DNA of 64,000 nt from an uncultured Flavobacteriales bacterium (GTDB lineage Bacteria > Bacteroidota > Bacteroidia > Palsa-965), in assembly GCA_903873905.1 (NCBI GenBank), contig CAIQQJ010000145.1, positions 10,439-74,438 of the forward strand, in the 5' to 3' direction. Every line of letters starts with the position of its first letter. Positions within the stretch are counted from its first letter, which is position 1. A program made the translations under genes and the position numbers. The notes under the pieces are model-generated. The model was not told the origin of the DNA and made no database searches. It saw only the letters and a program-made list of their open reading frames with translations. Positions 60,517 to 64,000 of the stretch are shown here, piece by piece.

Positions 60517-61482
60517 TCAATAATATTTTTTCTCTTTCAAATAATTCTGCACGTAATCTGTAATGCCATCCTCCAATGAATAGAAATCTTTTTTATAACC
60601 GGCATTTTTCAACTTCGTCATATTCGCCTCTGTGAAATACTGGTATTTATCGCGAATGTCAATGGGCGTGTCAACGAAAGAAATATTTTCTTCTTTCTGC
60701 ATTGCAGTGAATGTGTTTTTTGCAAGATCGAGAAACGACCTGGCTTTTCCAGTTCCCAAATTATACAAACCGGAAGTGGGAAGTTTTTTAGAAAGGAACA
60801 AACAAACTTCAATGACATCTTTCACGTAAATGAAATCACGCAATTGTTCTCCATCTTTATAATCAGGATTATGAGAACGGAAAAGTTTCATTGCAGCAGA
60901 TGTTGAAATTTGATTGAAGGCGTGGAAAATTACAGAAGCCATTCTTCCCTTATGAAATTCATTCGGACCGTAAACGTTGAAGAATTTCAAACCGTACCAA
61001 TGTGGTGGAAATGTTTTCTGATTCAAAACCCATTTATCAAAATCGTTCTTCGATTCTCCATAAGGATTAAGTGGCTTCAATTTGGAAACAATCGCATGAT
61101 CATCCTCATAACCGAATTCTCCCAAACCATAAGTTGCTGCCGAAGAAGCATAAATGAGTGGAATTTGAAATTCTGTACAAACTTTCCAAATTGCTTTTGA
61201 ATAATTCAGGTTCAGTTTATCGAAAATGGATTTGTCGAATTCAGTTGTATCCGTTCGGGCACCAATATGAAAAACAACTCTTATTTCATTTGCATGTTCA
61301 CTGAACCATTCCAAGAATTCTTCGCGATCAATTCTATCAATGTATTTCTTTCCTTCCAGATTATGGTTCTTGTTTTCATTGGAAAAATCATCCACCAACA
61401 GCAGATCTTCATGTCCTTCTTCATTCAAACGACTTACAAGACATGAACCAATAAATCCTGCGGCACCTGTTACTATTATCAT
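60517..61482 (-). CDS. rfaD: ADP-L-glycero-D-manno-heptose 6-epimerase
   Basis: MIIVTGAAGFIGS, YASSAATYG, PLNPYG.SK, FNVYGPNE.HKGRMAS and YQYFTEA motifs. Confidence 0.95.
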   Translation of the reverse strand: MIIVTGAAGFIGSCLVSRLNEEGHEDLLLVDDFSNENKNHNLEGKKYIDRIDREEFLEWFSEHANEIRVVFHIGARTDTTEFDKSIFDKLNLNYSKAIWKVCTEFQIPLIYASSAATYGLGEFGYEDDHAIVSKLKPLNPYGESKNDFDKWVLNQKTFPPHWYGLKFFNVYGPNEFHKGRMASVIFHAFNQISTSAAMKLFRSHNPDYKDGEQLRDFIYVKDVIEVCLFLSKKLPTSGLYNLGTGKARSFLDLAKNTFTAMQKEENISFVDTPIDIRDKYQYFTEANMTKLKNAGYKKDFYSLEDGITDYVQNYLKEKKYY

Positions 61483-61540
61483 TTTGGATTATGGATTTTA
61501 GATTTTAGATTTTAGAAGGTTCAACTTTTTATTAAACAAA

Positions 61541-61621
61541 GGTATCTGGTATCAGGTATCAAGGATCAGGTAGTGTATCAAATATTTTCAAGGTCAAAAC
61601 TGATACATGATACCAGATACC
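61541..61621. repeat. Inverted repeat built from GGTATC(T/A) heptamers; adjacent GATTTTA heptamer run at about 61483-61516
   Basis: Arms 61541-61561 and 61601-61621 pair at 20 of 21 positions. Confidence 0.8.
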
Positions 61622-61667
61622 CTTTCCAAAAAACAGATCAGACCAGCATGAAATAAATAGCTTTAAA

Positions 61668-62432
61668 TTATTTAGACTTTTTCGGCCAACCTAACAATTT
61701 CGAAGTGATGATTGGCAATACAAAAACAGAAACCGTCATGATAGAAATATACAGATCAGCTTTCTGACTGTCGAGGAAAATGGCGACCGCGGAGAAAGGC
61801 GCAAAGTGTGTCCAGAGGGTAATGGTGAGTTTTATTCCCAGAATAAAAATGACAAGAAATGCAGCTTGTTCCAAAAAATGATATTTCTCCATCAACTTCA
61901 CAAATATTCCAGCGACAAAACGCATGGCCAAAATACCAATGAAAACTCCAATACAAATAAGCCAAATATTATTGGTGAATGCTACTGCAGCAAAAACATT
62001 GTCAATGGAAAATGCCATGTCCATAATTTCTACCATCACCACTGTTGCCCATAATGGGCCGAGCATTCCCAATGTGTGTTTGTAAAACCAACTTTGCTTT
62101 TTGTTCAACGTATCATCGTCAGTTTCAGGTGTAGCTTTCGTCACAAAATAATTTACAGCGAGATACAACAGGTAAACACCACCAGCCGCTTTCAACCACC
62201 AAACTTTAATTAGAAAAGAAGCAAGCACTAAACTAATTCCACGAAAAACATAGGCTCCGATAATTCCATATTTCAAGGCTTTCCCTCTCTGTTCCTTCGG
62301 AAGATCCATGACCATGGTGGCCAACACAGCCGCATTGTCAACTGAAAGCAAACTCTCTATGAGAATCAGATTCAGTACAATCAGCAAGGCTTTTATCGGG
62401 TCATCACCGATAATGTGGTGGAGGAATTCCAT
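61668..62432 (-). CDS. TerC-family membrane protein
   Basis: IESLLSVDNA, G..GAY.FR, DMAFSIDNV.A and MRF motifs. Confidence 0.93.
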   Translation of the reverse strand: MEFLHHIIGDDPIKALLIVLNLILIESLLSVDNAAVLATMVMDLPKEQRGKALKYGIIGAYVFRGISLVLASFLIKVWWLKAAGGVYLLYLAVNYFVTKATPETDDDTLNKKQSWFYKHTLGMLGPLWATVVMVEIMDMAFSIDNVFAAVAFTNNIWLICIGVFIGILAMRFVAGIFVKLMEKYHFLEQAAFLVIFILGIKLTITLWTHFAPFSAVAIFLDSQKADLYISIMTVSVFVLPIITSKLLGWPKKSK

Positions 62433-62451
62433 TTATATTTTCTAAAATTAA

Positions 62452-63288
62452 TCAATCCAAAAATATTTTTCTGTCGTTTGGCGGAATCACACCAAGATCT
62501 TTTGCCTTCTTGAATAAAGTTGTAACTGCCCTTCTTCCTTCTTTTCCCAAATCAACAGAAAAATCATTTACATAAAGATCGATGTGCTTGTACATAACAT
62601 CTTCACTCATTTCCTGTGCATGTGCTCGCACATAAGGAAGACTTGCTGCACGATTTTCAAAAGCATATTCTACACTCTTTCTAAGAACACGATTTACTTT
62701 TGTTTTTATTTCATCCGACAAAGAACGTTTGATGACAATTCCTCCCAATGGAATTGGTGACTTTGTTGTCTTTTCCCAAAACTCACCGAGATCAATTATT
62801 TTCTTCAATCCTTTATCTTCATACGTAAATCTATTTTCATGGATGATCAATCCTGCATCAAACACCCCATTCAAAACTGCATTTTCAATTTCAGAAAAAA
62901 GCATTTCCGTTTTATTTTCAGCATTGGGATAAGCAAGACCAAGTAAAAAATTCGCCGTTGTATATTTTCCTGGAATCGCAATTTCCAATTCGCCTTCAGC
63001 AAGTTCTTCCTTGGAAATAGTTCTTTTGGAAATCAACAAAGGCCCACAATTCCTGCCCAATGCACTTCCTGCATCCAACAAAACATAATTCTCGGTGCAA
63101 TAGGCATACGCATGATAACTCAGTTTTGTGATCTCAATTTCTCCAGCGAAAGCTTCCTTGTTAAGTGTTTCCACATCCGCAAGTTTCACATCAAATTCCA
63201 AACCTTCCAAATCAATTCGATTATTTACAATCGCATCAAAGATGAAACAGTCGTTGGGGCAAGGGGAAAATCCTAAGGTTAGAAGCAT
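62452..63288 (-). CDS. mqnD: 1,4-dihydroxy-6-naphthoate synthase (futalosine pathway)
   Basis: LGFSPCPNDCFIF, DVETLN, GSALG...GP, PG..TTA, IIHE.RFTY, PIPLG and HI.LYVN motifs; start at 63288. Confidence 0.95.
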   Translation of the reverse strand: MLLTLGFSPCPNDCFIFDAIVNNRIDLEGLEFDVKLADVETLNKEAFAGEIEITKLSYHAYAYCTENYVLLDAGSALGRNCGPLLISKRTISKEELAEGELEIAIPGKYTTANFLLGLAYPNAENKTEMLFSEIENAVLNGVFDAGLIIHENRFTYEDKGLKKIIDLGEFWEKTTKSPIPLGGIVIKRSLSDEIKTKVNRVLRKSVEYAFENRAASLPYVRAHAQEMSEDVMYKHIDLYVNDFSVDLGKEGRRAVTTLFKKAKDLGVIPPNDRKIFLD

Positions 63289-63353
63289 ATTTTTTTGTGT
63301 GGCTTGTGCGCTGTGCACTGTGATGTGCAAAACAGTGCACAGTCCCAAAATTG

Positions 63354-64000
63354 TTAAATATGATTTATAATATCAGTCGCTACTTCATTCAAATTTTTAA
63401 TCGCAAGTGCCATATTCCAATGTTCGCGATTTCTTTTTTCAATGACATTTGAAACGGCACGAATTTGTGCGCAGGGAATTTTCTCAACCATGCAAGCATA
63501 AAAAAATGCAGCGCCTTCCATACTTTCAATATGAGGATTCACACGTTTTACAATTTTCTCAATGCTGGAAATATTGCCATGAGCAGTATTGACAGAAATT
63601 CCATTCACTCCTGTCAACTTTAAAATAGTTTCATAATTCGGAAGTGATTGATTGACGAGTTGGCCCCACATGAAAGGAAACTCATTTTCACCGAGCAAAT
63701 TCATTTCGTGAATTGACAGAAATTTTTCATCATCCTCAGCACCAAGTTCAGGAATGCGATCAGTCAAAACATTCACCACTTTTCCTATTTCGAGCGATTT
63801 GTCAAAACTTCCACAAACACCGAAATTAATTGCCGCATCATATTTTTTCTTGCTCAAGGAAAGTGCAGTCCAGGTAGCGGTTGCAACCATTCCAACTCCA
63901 GTAATCAACACATCAATTTCATTTTTCCCTGAAGAATAAAATTTCATCCGATGATCATTTTCGGAAATGAATTTTAGTTTCGCAAGCAATGGAGCTATTT
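63354..64000 (-). CDS. mqnB: Futalosine hydrolase, 5'-truncated by the window edge
   Basis: ITGVGMVAT, ESMEGAAF and RAVSN....R...W motifs; adjacent to mqnD; frame open to the window end. Confidence 0.92.
   Translation of the reverse strand, partial: IAPLLAKLKFISENDHRMKFYSSGKNEIDVLITGVGMVATATWTALSLSKKKYDAAINFGVCGSFDKSLEIGKVVNVLTDRIPELGAEDDEKFLSIHEMNLLGENEFPFMWGQLVNQSLPNYETILKLTGVNGISVNTAHGNISSIEKIVKRVNPHIESMEGAAFFYACMVEKIPCAQIRAVSNVIEKRNREHWNMALAIKNLNEVATDIINHI

Noticed and set aside
574-63939. Numerous 60-160 aa ORFs antisense to or overlapping the long genes
   Set aside because: They are shadow ORFs of well-supported genes and have no recognisable motifs.

Overview
AT-rich chromosomal segment of a Bacteroidota bacterium. 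The assignment rests on T9SS type A and B cargo proteins, PorP/SprF, TAnnTTTG -7 promoter boxes and signal peptides followed by Gln. In order, the window holds: (1) a ~14 kb cluster of signal-peptide-bearing caspase-family (C14) proteases (WD40-caspase, caspase-TPR, caspase-DUF4384-like, plus a truncated TPR paralog) with a small secreted protein, a thioredoxin, an output-less CHASE2 membrane protein and a FecR/DUF928-like protein, several sharing exposed Arg-Gly motifs; (2) a molybdenum-cofactor operon; (3) T9SS Kelch/GEVED cargo genes, hrpB and an M4 protease; (4) a tRNA-Ser(TGA) locus carrying a minimal GIY-YIG nuclease element between 115-bp direct repeats, with the upstream repeat interrupted by three precise insertions of a 22-nt double-hairpin unit; (5) a porin/cytochrome c/HYC_CC_PP cluster; (6) housekeeping genes (argS, rocF, speA, ftsK, lolA, yidC, rfaD, mqnD, mqnB). 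The best candidates for an undescribed system are the GIY-YIG/22-nt micro-insertion locus and the extracytoplasmic caspase/CHASE2 'RG' cascade. All calls come from reading motifs by eye; no database search was run.
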